The notes under the pieces: model-generated
Told to the model about the DNA's origin: nothing
The model's database searches: none
Seen by the model: the letters and a program-made list of their open reading frames with translations, nothing else
In this document: piece after piece, positions 48,454-57,900 of the stretch
Layout: each line of letters begins with the position of its first letter
Position numbering within the stretch: position 1 is the first letter of the stretch
Made by a program: the position numbers and the translations under genes
Source: a virus
Strand: one strand, 5' to 3'
Virus record (IMG/VR): IMGVR_UViG_3300031963_000066
Span: 1-64,000 of that record
DNA length: 64,000 bases

Positions 48454-48780
48454 TTATGTTATTTCCAATAAACTTACAATAACATCGGCTGCCGAAGCAT
48501 TACTTGTCGAAACTTTAAGTACATCTGCGGCTTCCATAACCAATTTTTGTTCACCACCAATTGTAATCAGTGAATTGCCTGGTTCAATCTCAGCCATCTT
48601 AACCATATAGTAATCTGATCCACCAGAAGTCAATATCACATTGGCTGTTATGGTTGTGTTTAGTATGTTTGCGATTGTCATACCAATAACTGTAGTAGAT
48701 ACACCAGAATTAGCAGTATAGATGGTTTCTGCCGATGTTCCGACTGCTGCTCGTAGTTGATTTTTAAAAGTATTTGCCAT
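48454..48780 (-). CDS. small beta-rich virion adaptor-like protein
   Basis: MANTFKN..GGEQKLVME..SLLEIT. Confidence 0.7.
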   Translation of the reverse strand: MANTFKNQLRAAVGTSAETIYTANSGVSTTVIGMTIANILNTTITANVILTSGGSDYYMVKMAEIEPGNSLITIGGEQKLVMEAADVLKVSTSNASAADVIVSLLEIT

Positions 48781-48809
48781 TTAAATTTCCTTATCCTTTA
48801 TTTATTTCA

Positions 48810-49430
48810 TCAACTAAAGGCGATTGTAAATGCAACAATGTCGGCGTTTACATCTAGTGCGGTCGTTCCTGTATTTGCCTTGGCATAGGCAGCATTCGCA
48901 TGAGCAAAGGCCGCATTAGCAGATGCAGATGTAATGTTTTGTGATGCATATGCCGAATTGGCCGTTAGGAAAGCACTATTAGCAAAAGAACCGGAAGAAT
49001 TGGCTGCATCATATGCGTTGTTGGCCTGTGTTCTGACCCAAGCATCACCACCAGTATTTGCTGTATTATATGCCGCATTGGCATGACTAAATGCCGCATT
49101 GGCTCTATCAAACGCAGGACCAGGATCACTTCCACCAGACACTGATGCATTAATTGTGATTGTTTTTGTGGTTGTATTGGTACCGATGGTGATATTATCA
49201 CCAGCAACAAAAGAGAGTGTGTCGGAACCACTAGTGGCCAATATTAAAGAACTATTGGCATTAATTGTGTCGAAAGAGAATTGGTTGGTGATATAGGATG
49301 TACCACCAAGACTGTTTTTGTAATACAGTTTACCATCGGCATAGTTAAGCGCCAACTCACCATTAGCTAGGCCTGTTGGTGTGTTTCCTGTGACGCCTGA
49401 TTTTTTTAACCGTATTGCTGTATTTGACAT
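48810..49430 (-). CDS. fibre protein with 'L..GELA' N-terminal domain and ANxA coil
   Basis: IRLKKS..LANGELALNYADGKLYYK; C-terminus DIVAFTIAFS. Confidence 0.7.
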   Translation of the reverse strand: MSNTAIRLKKSGVTGNTPTGLANGELALNYADGKLYYKNSLGGTSYITNQFSFDTINANSSLILATSGSDTLSFVAGDNITIGTNTTTKTITINASVSGGSDPGPAFDRANAAFSHANAAYNTANTGGDAWVRTQANNAYDAANSSGSFANSAFLTANSAYASQNITSASANAAFAHANAAYAKANTGTTALDVNADIVAFTIAFS

Positions 49431-49434
49431 TTAC

Positions 49435-50124
49435 TTAGAACGTTCCGCCATCCTTGATTGGGCCATCAGTACCAATTAAACCTGTTAGGGTTGTTGGTAC
49501 CACTTCTTTATTTAGCTCATCAATTTTTTTTCTTTTGGAAGGAGGTAGTTGTAAGTAATCAATTTTAGCAAGTAATTCGTCTATCTTGTTGTTGTATTCA
49601 CTTTTTTCAGTTTCATGTTTCTGAATCAAACTATTAACATTATTTTCATATTGTACATTTAAAGCATTCATTTTAACTTCAAATTCTGAACGAACCTGAT
49701 TAGTTTCTTCTCTTGCTCTAACTAATTCACCTTTAAATGTTTCCACATGAGTGGCTTGATTCTTAACACTATCATAGTCACGAAATTTAGTAATCAATTC
49801 ATCAATTTCGGTTCGATGTTTACTGTTTAAGTTGTTAACATCTGCACTTAATTTTGTTACAAGTTTTTCACTTTCAGATAATTTATTTTCCAATTCTTGA
49901 ACAGCCTTACTTTGATTTGATTCACTGTTTTCTTTCAAATCTTGAATTGTTTTTTGCAACTCAAGATTTGATTTTACTAACGCATCAATCTTTTCAGACT
50001 GTTCTTTCACAACTTCATCAGTTATTTTCGCATTCGCTTGCATTGAGATATTTCGAATAACACAATCTGTCATTGTGCTTGTCAAAGTCTCAACATAATA
50101 ATTTAAATACTTCTCATTTGCCAT
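49435..50124 (-). CDS. coiled-coil hypothetical protein
   Basis: Charged heptads; ends DGGTF like its neighbours. Confidence 0.7.
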   Translation of the reverse strand: MANEKYLNYYVETLTSTMTDCVIRNISMQANAKITDEVVKEQSEKIDALVKSNLELQKTIQDLKENSESNQSKAVQELENKLSESEKLVTKLSADVNNLNSKHRTEIDELITKFRDYDSVKNQATHVETFKGELVRAREETNQVRSEFEVKMNALNVQYENNVNSLIQKHETEKSEYNNKIDELLAKIDYLQLPPSKRKKIDELNKEVVPTTLTGLIGTDGPIKDGGTF

Positions 50125-50169
50125 TTCAAACTCCTATCATAAAAAAATCTATTACATTATATAGTCAGC

Positions 50170-52092
50170 TTAGAATTGTCCTCCGTCTATTGCTGATGAC
50201 CACACTGGTACACCTGCATCTGTGACTGTAAGAATTTGATTAGACCATGTTTGGTCTGCTGAACCGGATGCAGCTGTAACAGCCAACGCATTTGTTCCAT
50301 CACCGTATACGATACCTTTTGCGGTGAATGTTGCGGCACCTGTACCACCTTGAGCAACAGTCAAACCAGAAATGTCTGCCGCAGTTGCTGCTGTTACACG
50401 ACCGTAAGCATCAACAGTCAATGAGGTGATTGTTTTTGCAGCACCCAATGTGCCTGTCAATGAATAACCAGCATTAGCGATTGATTGAATTGCACCAGAA
50501 CCATTACCAATCAACATTAGGCCACTAGTGAATGTTGATACACCAGTACCACCTTGTGTAACTGTTAGACCAGAAATATCTGCGGCTGTTGCAGCTGATA
50601 CACGACCATATTCATCTACAGTCAACGATGTGATTGTTTTAGATGCACTTAATGAACCAGTTAATGTGTAAGTAACATTTGCAAGTTCTGACAAAGCGCC
50701 TGTACCATTACCAATAACAACTTTACCTGAAGTAAAAGTAGATTTACCTGTACCACCTTGGTCAACATTTAGACCAGCAATTGCTTGGAATGTTGCAGCA
50801 GTTGTTCTGCCATATGAGTCAACAGTTACAGAAGTAATGGTGTTATTTTGTGCACCAGCACCTGTTGCAGTGAATGTACTGTTAGCAAGTACTTTTAGTG
50901 AATCGGTACCATCACCAATAACAATACCACCAGCAGTGAATGAACTTGCACCAGTACCACCGTTAGGTACTGTTAAGTCATCAGTTAGTGTTAATGATTT
51001 AAGTGTTGTTGCACCAGCAACATTCAAGGTACCAACTTGTAATACTGCTGCATTTGCCCATTGTGAAATCAAATTAGATTTCAAGTTTGCTTGGCGGAAG
51101 CTTCCATCTGCAACGTTGATAACGTTACCTGTTGGTTCTATGTTGTAGTTGTCAAACAAATAGAAGAAACCATCACCTGCGTGGCGGAACAAACCGGCAT
51201 GTCGGTCTGCACCATCATTGTAATGGCCGTAGAAACCAATATCGACTGCATCTGATGCATTGTTTTTACCAAGTGCAATCAAGGAGTCTTCGACAGTAAG
51301 TGTTTCAACGTTGTATGTTGTTGATGTACCTAAGATGGACAAGTTACCACTGATGATAATGTTACCATCAATTGTTTGTGTTAAACTAGCAGTATTTGCA
51401 CGAACGACCGTGTTATCAACGTCAATAGTAACTGTATTATCTGTTACAGTTGATGTAAGGCCTGCACCGCCAGAAATTGTAAATGTGTCGGTTGCTAGAT
51501 TAACAACATCAGCTGTACCAGAATCAGCTGCAACAGTCAATGCAGTTGAGATTGTTGACGAATTTGCAATCGTCATAACACGGCCGTTTGCAGCTACCTG
51601 GATGATAGGTATAACTGTTGAACCACCGTAGAAACCAGGAGTAAGACCAGAAATTGAATTTAGTGCAGCACTTAATGTTGCGTTTGCAGTACCATTAAAC
51701 AACTGTGCAGATGCGGTAATGTCACCACCAGTAACATCAATATATCTGTCTGTTTGGAATTGAGTTGCAGAGTTTGCGTTACCTGAGAAAAAGGTAGTAC
51801 TTAATGTACCGCCATCAGAGAAACTAAGACTTCTAACGTTTGCATGACCAACAGCAATATTACCTGTTACACTTCGTTGAACAAGTGTGCCTCCAGTATT
51901 TGAACTGGTTGCAGCATCAATTGTTGATGTGTAGTATTGTCCACCAATATTAACAACACCTGTACCAGCAGGTGAGCCAATAAACATGGTATTGGATTGA
52001 TATGAATAAGCTAATTCACCCGCTTGTAGACTGGCTGGTACGCCTGTGGTAAGGGAACGTCTAATTCTTAGTGTTGTATTTGCGCCTGCCAT
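50170..52092 (-). CDS. tail fibre-like protein
   Basis: LQAGELAYSY N-terminus; repeated TVD.YGR.TAA..GGTG units; ends DGGQF. Confidence 0.75.
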   Translation of the reverse strand: MAGANTTLRIRRSLTTGVPASLQAGELAYSYQSNTMFIGSPAGTGVVNIGGQYYTSTIDAATSSNTGGTLVQRSVTGNIAVGHANVRSLSFSDGGTLSTTFFSGNANSATQFQTDRYIDVTGGDITASAQLFNGTANATLSAALNSISGLTPGFYGGSTVIPIIQVAANGRVMTIANSSTISTALTVAADSGTADVVNLATDTFTISGGAGLTSTVTDNTVTIDVDNTVVRANTASLTQTIDGNIIISGNLSILGTSTTYNVETLTVEDSLIALGKNNASDAVDIGFYGHYNDGADRHAGLFRHAGDGFFYLFDNYNIEPTGNVINVADGSFRQANLKSNLISQWANAAVLQVGTLNVAGATTLKSLTLTDDLTVPNGGTGASSFTAGGIVIGDGTDSLKVLANSTFTATGAGAQNNTITSVTVDSYGRTTAATFQAIAGLNVDQGGTGKSTFTSGKVVIGNGTGALSELANVTYTLTGSLSASKTITSLTVDEYGRVSAATAADISGLTVTQGGTGVSTFTSGLMLIGNGSGAIQSIANAGYSLTGTLGAAKTITSLTVDAYGRVTAATAADISGLTVAQGGTGAATFTAKGIVYGDGTNALAVTAASGSADQTWSNQILTVTDAGVPVWSSAIDGGQF

Positions 52093-52141
52093 GTTGTTAT
52101 CCTTTTTATGTTAAATGGATTTAAATCCTATGATCTATTTA

Positions 52142-52378
52142 TTAAAATGTGCCACCGTCAAAGTCGCTAACCGTATTTAAAATAGTATTACTAATATATT
52201 CTGATCCACCAATGCTAATGATATTGTTGGTCCACAATTGACTTTCCACATTTAATGTGGAACTACCAATAAAAAGTGTATTGGAAAGAAAAGAGTAAGC
52301 TAATTCTCCGTCTGCTAGATTGCCAGGTGCCGTGTTCGCATATGAACGGAGAATCTGTATTGTTGTATTAGATGCCAT
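52142..52378 (-). CDS. small protein consisting of the 'GELAYS' domain plus DGGTF tail
   Basis: Paralogous to the N-terminus of 50170-52092. Confidence 0.65.
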   Translation of the reverse strand: MASNTTIQILRSYANTAPGNLADGELAYSFLSNTLFIGSSTLNVESQLWTNNIISIGGSEYISNTILNTVSDFDGGTF

Positions 52379-52912
52379 TTAGAAGAACCCTGAATCAGCA
52401 CCTTGGAAAGCCAAATAAGTTACTGAATTTGCTACTGCGGCCTGAATTGCTGCATCTGAAATTACACCACCAACTGTTTGAACAGGCGCAAAACCACCAA
52501 CCGGTGATACCACAATCGCAATCGGATTAGGATTAATGTCTGTTGGCGCAGCTGCAAATGAAATTGCACCAGTTGTCGATTCAGCTTTGATCTGTGTTCC
52601 GTCCAAGTCAATTGTATTACCACTTAGATATAGACTTCGGAATTTATTTGTTCTACTGCCAAGGTCAAACGCTCTGGAAGATGTTGGTAATAGATTTCCG
52701 TGTACAGGAGTGTCGGTACCAAGGCCTCTGGCAGAAAATGTTTTGGTTTGTGAGTTATAGACAATTACATCACCAGTGTTTGCGCCTTCCAAAGAAAGGT
52801 CAGTCAAACTCCTAAGTGTCTTTGTACCATAGGAAAGTGTTTGTACCTTAGTTTTTTGGCCTTCAACTCTAACTTTTACGGTTGCAGGTTGTCTGACGGT
52901 TACCGTTGGCAT
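52379..52912 (-). CDS. hypothetical virion protein
   Basis: HGNLLP..FDLGS..FRSLYLSG fibre-type motif; ends DSGFF. Confidence 0.65.
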   Translation of the reverse strand: MPTVTVRQPATVKVRVEGQKTKVQTLSYGTKTLRSLTDLSLEGANTGDVIVYNSQTKTFSARGLGTDTPVHGNLLPTSSRAFDLGSRTNKFRSLYLSGNTIDLDGTQIKAESTTGAISFAAAPTDINPNPIAIVVSPVGGFAPVQTVGGVISDAAIQAAVANSVTYLAFQGADSGFF

Positions 52913-52921
52913 ATTATTCCT

Positions 52922-53263
52922 TTAAAATACTGTAACTTGGGGTAAGACGTTCACAACTCCCTCTAAAACCCGTATGACTGTGTTTGAAGAATCTTTGATA
53001 ATCACATCATACACATAACGGCCAGCAGAAATATTTGCCGTGTTTGCATAAGGTAAAGACAATATTATAATGCCTTCTGTTGGATCATTAACTGTTATTA
53101 CAAAATTAGCGGTTGTGCTACTAGAATAATATGATTTTTTCATGGCAGCTTTTACTTGGCTACCAGTTAGAGTAAAAGGTGAACCATCAGCTTGATCCAA
53201 TGTGATGGATGTACTAAAGTTTGAACCTTGTTCTAGAAATAATTCTTGGTAACCAGCTGGCAT
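52922..53263 (-). CDS. conserved virion protein (BppU-N-like pattern)
   Basis: LEQGSNF..GRYVYDVII..RVLEGVVNVLP. Confidence 0.65.
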   Translation of the reverse strand: MPAGYQELFLEQGSNFSTSITLDQADGSPFTLTGSQVKAAMKKSYYSSSTTANFVITVNDPTEGIIILSLPYANTANISAGRYVYDVIIKDSSNTVIRVLEGVVNVLPQVTVF

Positions 53264-53283
53264 TGTTTAACCCCTTTTGGAGG

Positions 53284-53291
53284 TATTTATA
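53284..53291 (-). promoter_or_regulatory. T4 late promoter
   Basis: TATAAATA. Confidence 0.8.
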
Positions 53292-53387
53292 CTCAAAGGA
53301 AATGGTAAAAAGTAAATTCGCTTTTTGGACTTTTGAATCTGTCGGAGAAAATTCTCGGGCCGGAACGCAAAAATTCGAAATTTGTTG

Positions 53388-54620
53388 TTAAATATTATTT
53401 TTCAATTCTTTTACTTCTGCACGTAGTTCTTTAATACCCTCAATCAATAATGGAATTAACTTTTCATAGCGTACTGTTAAGTATTTCTCATCAATAGGTG
53501 CGGGTACAACAACTCCGCAATCAGGTAATTGATTTTGAACCTGTTGCGCTGATACACCAATTTGACGCTGTTTTTTATATCCAAGTGATACTGCTAATTC
53601 ATTTTCTTCGTAATAGAAACCGCTTAGTTCATCAATCTTGTCTAGTGCATTTTCAATTGCACCAAGTTTAGTTTTTAATCTGTCATCAGAATAATATGCA
53701 GTGATGTTATTGGTTGCACGAATTTCACCGTCAGTACCAGATGCCGGGGTGCCTATACCTAATCGTTTAAACTGTGGTGTATCACCTGTACCAATACCTT
53801 GGGGTGGTGAGTAGATAGCGGGGATGACGGGCCTTCCACTCAAATCTCCGTATGCTCCAGATGTTGCAACAGTTGCTAAACCAGAAACTGAACCGGCAGC
53901 AATTGCAATATTTGTTGCAGTTACAGATGTAACCCTACCTTTTGCATCGACATTGATTCTTGGAACCACTGAAGCTGTACCGAATAATCCGGTGTTAGTG
54001 CCAGCATTACTTAATCTAGCATCTGGTAATGTGCCTGAATCGATATTACTAGCATTTGTTGTATCTTTGGTTGCCGAGGCTGCAAATGTTGGATAACCAG
54101 TGATTTGAGAAGTTGCAATTTGTATTGCAACATTTGATGCTCCGGTGATTCTTCCTTTTGCATCTACTGTAACTTGACTGACGCTTGAAGCCGTACCATA
54201 TGTTGTTGCGCTTACACCAGAATCGGCCAATCTTGCTGCAGCCAATGTACCAGAACCAATATTACCAGCATTTGTTGTATCTGTGGTTGCCGATGTGGCT
54301 AATCCTGAAACTGCACTAGAAGCAATTGCAATTGTAATGTTGGCCACTCCAGTTGCTCTACCTTTTGCATCCACTATAATTCTTGGTACAATACTTGCAC
54401 TTCCATATGAACCTGATGTAGCACCAGTATCAGGCAACCTTGCATCAGCCAGTGTGCCACTAGTAATTTGAGATGTAGATATATCAATAGTAGTATTGGT
54501 GACACCAGTAATTCTACCTTGTGGATCAACAACTATAACTGGTATTGCGGCACCAGTACCATGTGTAGCCGCTACAACAGCCGTATTTTCTAGAACTGAT
54601 GGCGTAATCTTTGTTGTCAT
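53388..54620 (-). CDS. tail fibre with C-terminal intramolecular chaperone (peptidase S74) domain
   Basis: YYSDDRLK, GVSAQQV, VRYEKLIPLLIEGIKEL; four VDAKGR.T repeats. Confidence 0.88.
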   Translation of the reverse strand: MTTKITPSVLENTAVVAATHGTGAAIPVIVVDPQGRITGVTNTTIDISTSQITSGTLADARLPDTGATSGSYGSASIVPRIIVDAKGRATGVANITIAIASSAVSGLATSATTDTTNAGNIGSGTLAAARLADSGVSATTYGTASSVSQVTVDAKGRITGASNVAIQIATSQITGYPTFAASATKDTTNASNIDSGTLPDARLSNAGTNTGLFGTASVVPRINVDAKGRVTSVTATNIAIAAGSVSGLATVATSGAYGDLSGRPVIPAIYSPPQGIGTGDTPQFKRLGIGTPASGTDGEIRATNNITAYYSDDRLKTKLGAIENALDKIDELSGFYYEENELAVSLGYKKQRQIGVSAQQVQNQLPDCGVVVPAPIDEKYLTVRYEKLIPLLIEGIKELRAEVKELKNNI

Positions 54621-54638
54621 TTATTTTGCCTTTTTATT

Positions 54639-54944
54639 TCATGCATTTTTGTTTTCATCCAACACATTTTCATAAAAATGTACATTTTCATTGGATTCAA
54701 AATTTATTTTTTGAGGATTAAATTTGTCAATTATTTGTTGATATAAAGGATGACTTGGTTCGACATTAATGATTTGAATAACGTCATTCGGTGTTATATT
54801 TTTTCCTTTTTCCAATTCATCCGCAACAATACGATCTTCAGGCAAAGCGTTTGCTTTAACATAGGCTCGTATAGTGTTATGTGGAAATTTCGAACTATGT
54901 TGAATATAATCTACTTGTAAAATTTTATTGATTGAAAGTGTCAT
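54639..54944 (-). CDS. hypothetical protein
   Basis: ORF with GGAG RBS. Confidence 0.6.
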   Translation of the reverse strand: MTLSINKILQVDYIQHSSKFPHNTIRAYVKANALPEDRIVADELEKGKNITPNDVIQIINVEPSHPLYQQIIDKFNPQKINFESNENVHFYENVLDENKNA

Positions 54945-54976
54945 TTATTTTGCTCCATTAAAAATTAAGTTTCAAC

Positions 54977-57900
54977 TTATGTACCAACTTTATATGCCAT
55001 AAATCTCACACTACCTCCAGCATACCAATATCCTGCGGGCCCGCCGTTAGCATATGCTCTCCACTCATTATTAACGTCAGGTCCTATTTTATAAACATGT
55101 TTGTTTGTGGCACTTGGATTAGTTCCATCATTTCTCCAGCCAAGAACACTGTCCATATAATATCCTCTACCGGAAGCCGCATTGGCCTCCGTCATAAAAT
55201 GAGTACCTGCCCTAAAATAATCATTAGCAAATTTCATTGTAACTCTGACGTTATTACCTGCAGCTAGATAATATGGTGTTTTTTGGCTACCTAACGCCGC
55301 CCAAGTGGTGTCCTCGTTAGACCAATGCCAATAACCATAAGGTCCGTATGTTTGAAATGGTCTTGCTGCATAATAGACACTACCGTCAGCTGGCATATAA
55401 TTAACTGTATCATAATTTTGTGTTGTTAATTTAATTAATCTCCAAACATTATCAACAAGAACTTCAACGACCAACCATAGATAAGTGGTACCGCTTGCCC
55501 ACATACTGGAATTTAATCTTTGTCCTCGATAGAACATATCTGGTTCGGTTATGTTCCACCAACCTGCGCTAGGAATATTTAAATATTGAACCGTATTCCA
55601 ACCACCGCCGCCTGCGCCTGTACTAGTATAAGTAACACCACCAACTGATCCCATTCCAAACGATTCTGCATAAGTAAAGTATGCTGTGCCTTGAGTAACA
55701 TTTGATGCTGAACCAGCAGTTGTGGCGTATCCAGCATTTCCAGCACTTGATGCATATCCAGCATTTCCAGCATATCCAGCACTTCCAGCATAAGTGGCAT
55801 TTCCAGCACTTCCAGCATAACCAACACTCAACGATCCTGTTTGATATGAACGCAAGTAACTATCACTACCGTTTGTACCCCAAACTCTTGGTGGGTTGCT
55901 AGCATTATTTTCGTCACCATTACTTGAATTAATGTAACCTGTTTGTAAATAACCGCTTGCATCAGTTCTTACAATTTTGTTTGCTTCATTGTTTCTATTT
56001 GCATGTACATTTAATCCAGCAACAGTTGTTGAATTTCCAGCACTTGTAGCATAACCTGCACTTGTAGCAGAACCAGCACTTGTAGCATAAGAAACAGACT
56101 GTGAACCAATGTTGGTGCTGTTGATATATGTTACCCAGCCACCATAATTACCATTTTGTATATTTCTGGTTCTAAGTAAATTAGCATTGTCTTCCCAACC
56201 CCATGCAACCTGAACACCCCATAAATTAGATGCATTTGTGTGGCGCATGTTCTGTTGGAACCACCAACTTCCACCTGGACCACCAGTTGAGCTTCCTGAT
56301 GAAGTATCACCACGAAGAACTGTACTTCCGGCCGGAGCGTGTGAGAAATCTGTATTCCAATTGGAATTGAAACCCATTGTTATGTTATTTGCATAAGTAG
56401 AATTCGTAGCAAATGCAGAAGTGATATTCCAATTTCCAGAAGCACCAGTGCCTGTTAATGTTGGTGCATACGAATTATAGTTACCAGAATCTAGTATAAC
56501 ATAAGAAGCGCCGCCTCGACTCCATCCGCCAGTTCTTAATTGGTTATCGGTACCAAGTCCAAAATTAATTGCATATAATCCAGGTCTGTGAAAAGACATG
56601 GCCGCAGCACCAGCGCCTTGTGATTGAACTTGTGGTCCTAAATGGCCAACATAAGAAACATCTTGGCCAGACACAGTATAACCTAAATCTCCAGCAGTAC
56701 TAATAAGATTATTAGCACTATCAGCAATTCCGTTAATATTCACACCTGTCAGTCTTTGGAATCCAGTTGCACGATTCAATGCAATAGAAGTTGTACCAAT
56801 AAAGTGTGATGAATTGCCTAGTATAGTACTTGAAATTGTACCACCAGATAATTTATCTGCATTTAATGATGTTAACCAAGCAGGATTTGCATAACTTCCT
56901 GTTGAATACAATCCATTTGTTACTGTACCTGCATTACCGGTTATACTGTGTGAGAATGTCCAATTAGAGTTTGCTAGATTGTGTACATATGATCCAGTTG
57001 CTAGTGAAGTATTTGCAGTAGCTTTGTCTATTGTTTGACCAATAACTTGACCAGTAAATGTGCCGCCAGTTTTTGGCATCTTACCAGATTCCAAACCATC
57101 AATTGCAGACTGAATGGTGCCTGTTGTAAGAGCACCTGTTGCTGGACCATATACAATGTTATTTGCAAAATATTCATATACTGCATAACCATCTACTTCG
57201 ATCAATATTTTATCATTATTAACTGGTGCAACAGTCATTGTTACTTTAGAAGTACCGGAATTTAAAGTGTACTCAGATTCCAATTGGCGAACACCATTAA
57301 TATATACTCTGACCTGGTTGGCTTGACTGAATGTTGGTGTCGTATATTGTGTTGTTGAACCATCTCCAGTATATGACAATCTATTTGATGTGATTCTGGT
57401 ACCAGGCTGTGTACCTGCACCACCTGCACCCGCAGCAGTCCAATAAAAGTTACCTGTACCACCAGTTGCAAGAACATAACCTGAAGTTCCACTTGCTGTA
57501 CCGGTAGCAGCTGCAACCAATGTATTGAAGGCTGATGCTGCCGATGTTGAACCAGTACCACCAGATGATGTTGACAAAGGAGTTCCTGTTACTGTCAATC
57601 CAGTAAATGATGGACTTGCGGTTGTTTGCAAATCTTGTGATGTACTAATTGCCAATGTGTTTGCAGTAACTGAATGTATTGCAATGCCGTTATTAGATGT
57701 TAAGGTTAATGATGCACTTGTTGGTGATATTGAACCTCTTGTTCCTTTAATCTCAGCAGTTGCAGCATTAGCTTTACCGAAAGCCGCATTAGCCTGTGCA
57801 AACGCAGGCGCAATTTGTGGAGCAACGTTGTTGGCCGAAGCAAAAGCAGAATTGGCATAAGATGATGCTGAGTTGGCAGCACCAAATGCACCGTTAGCAT

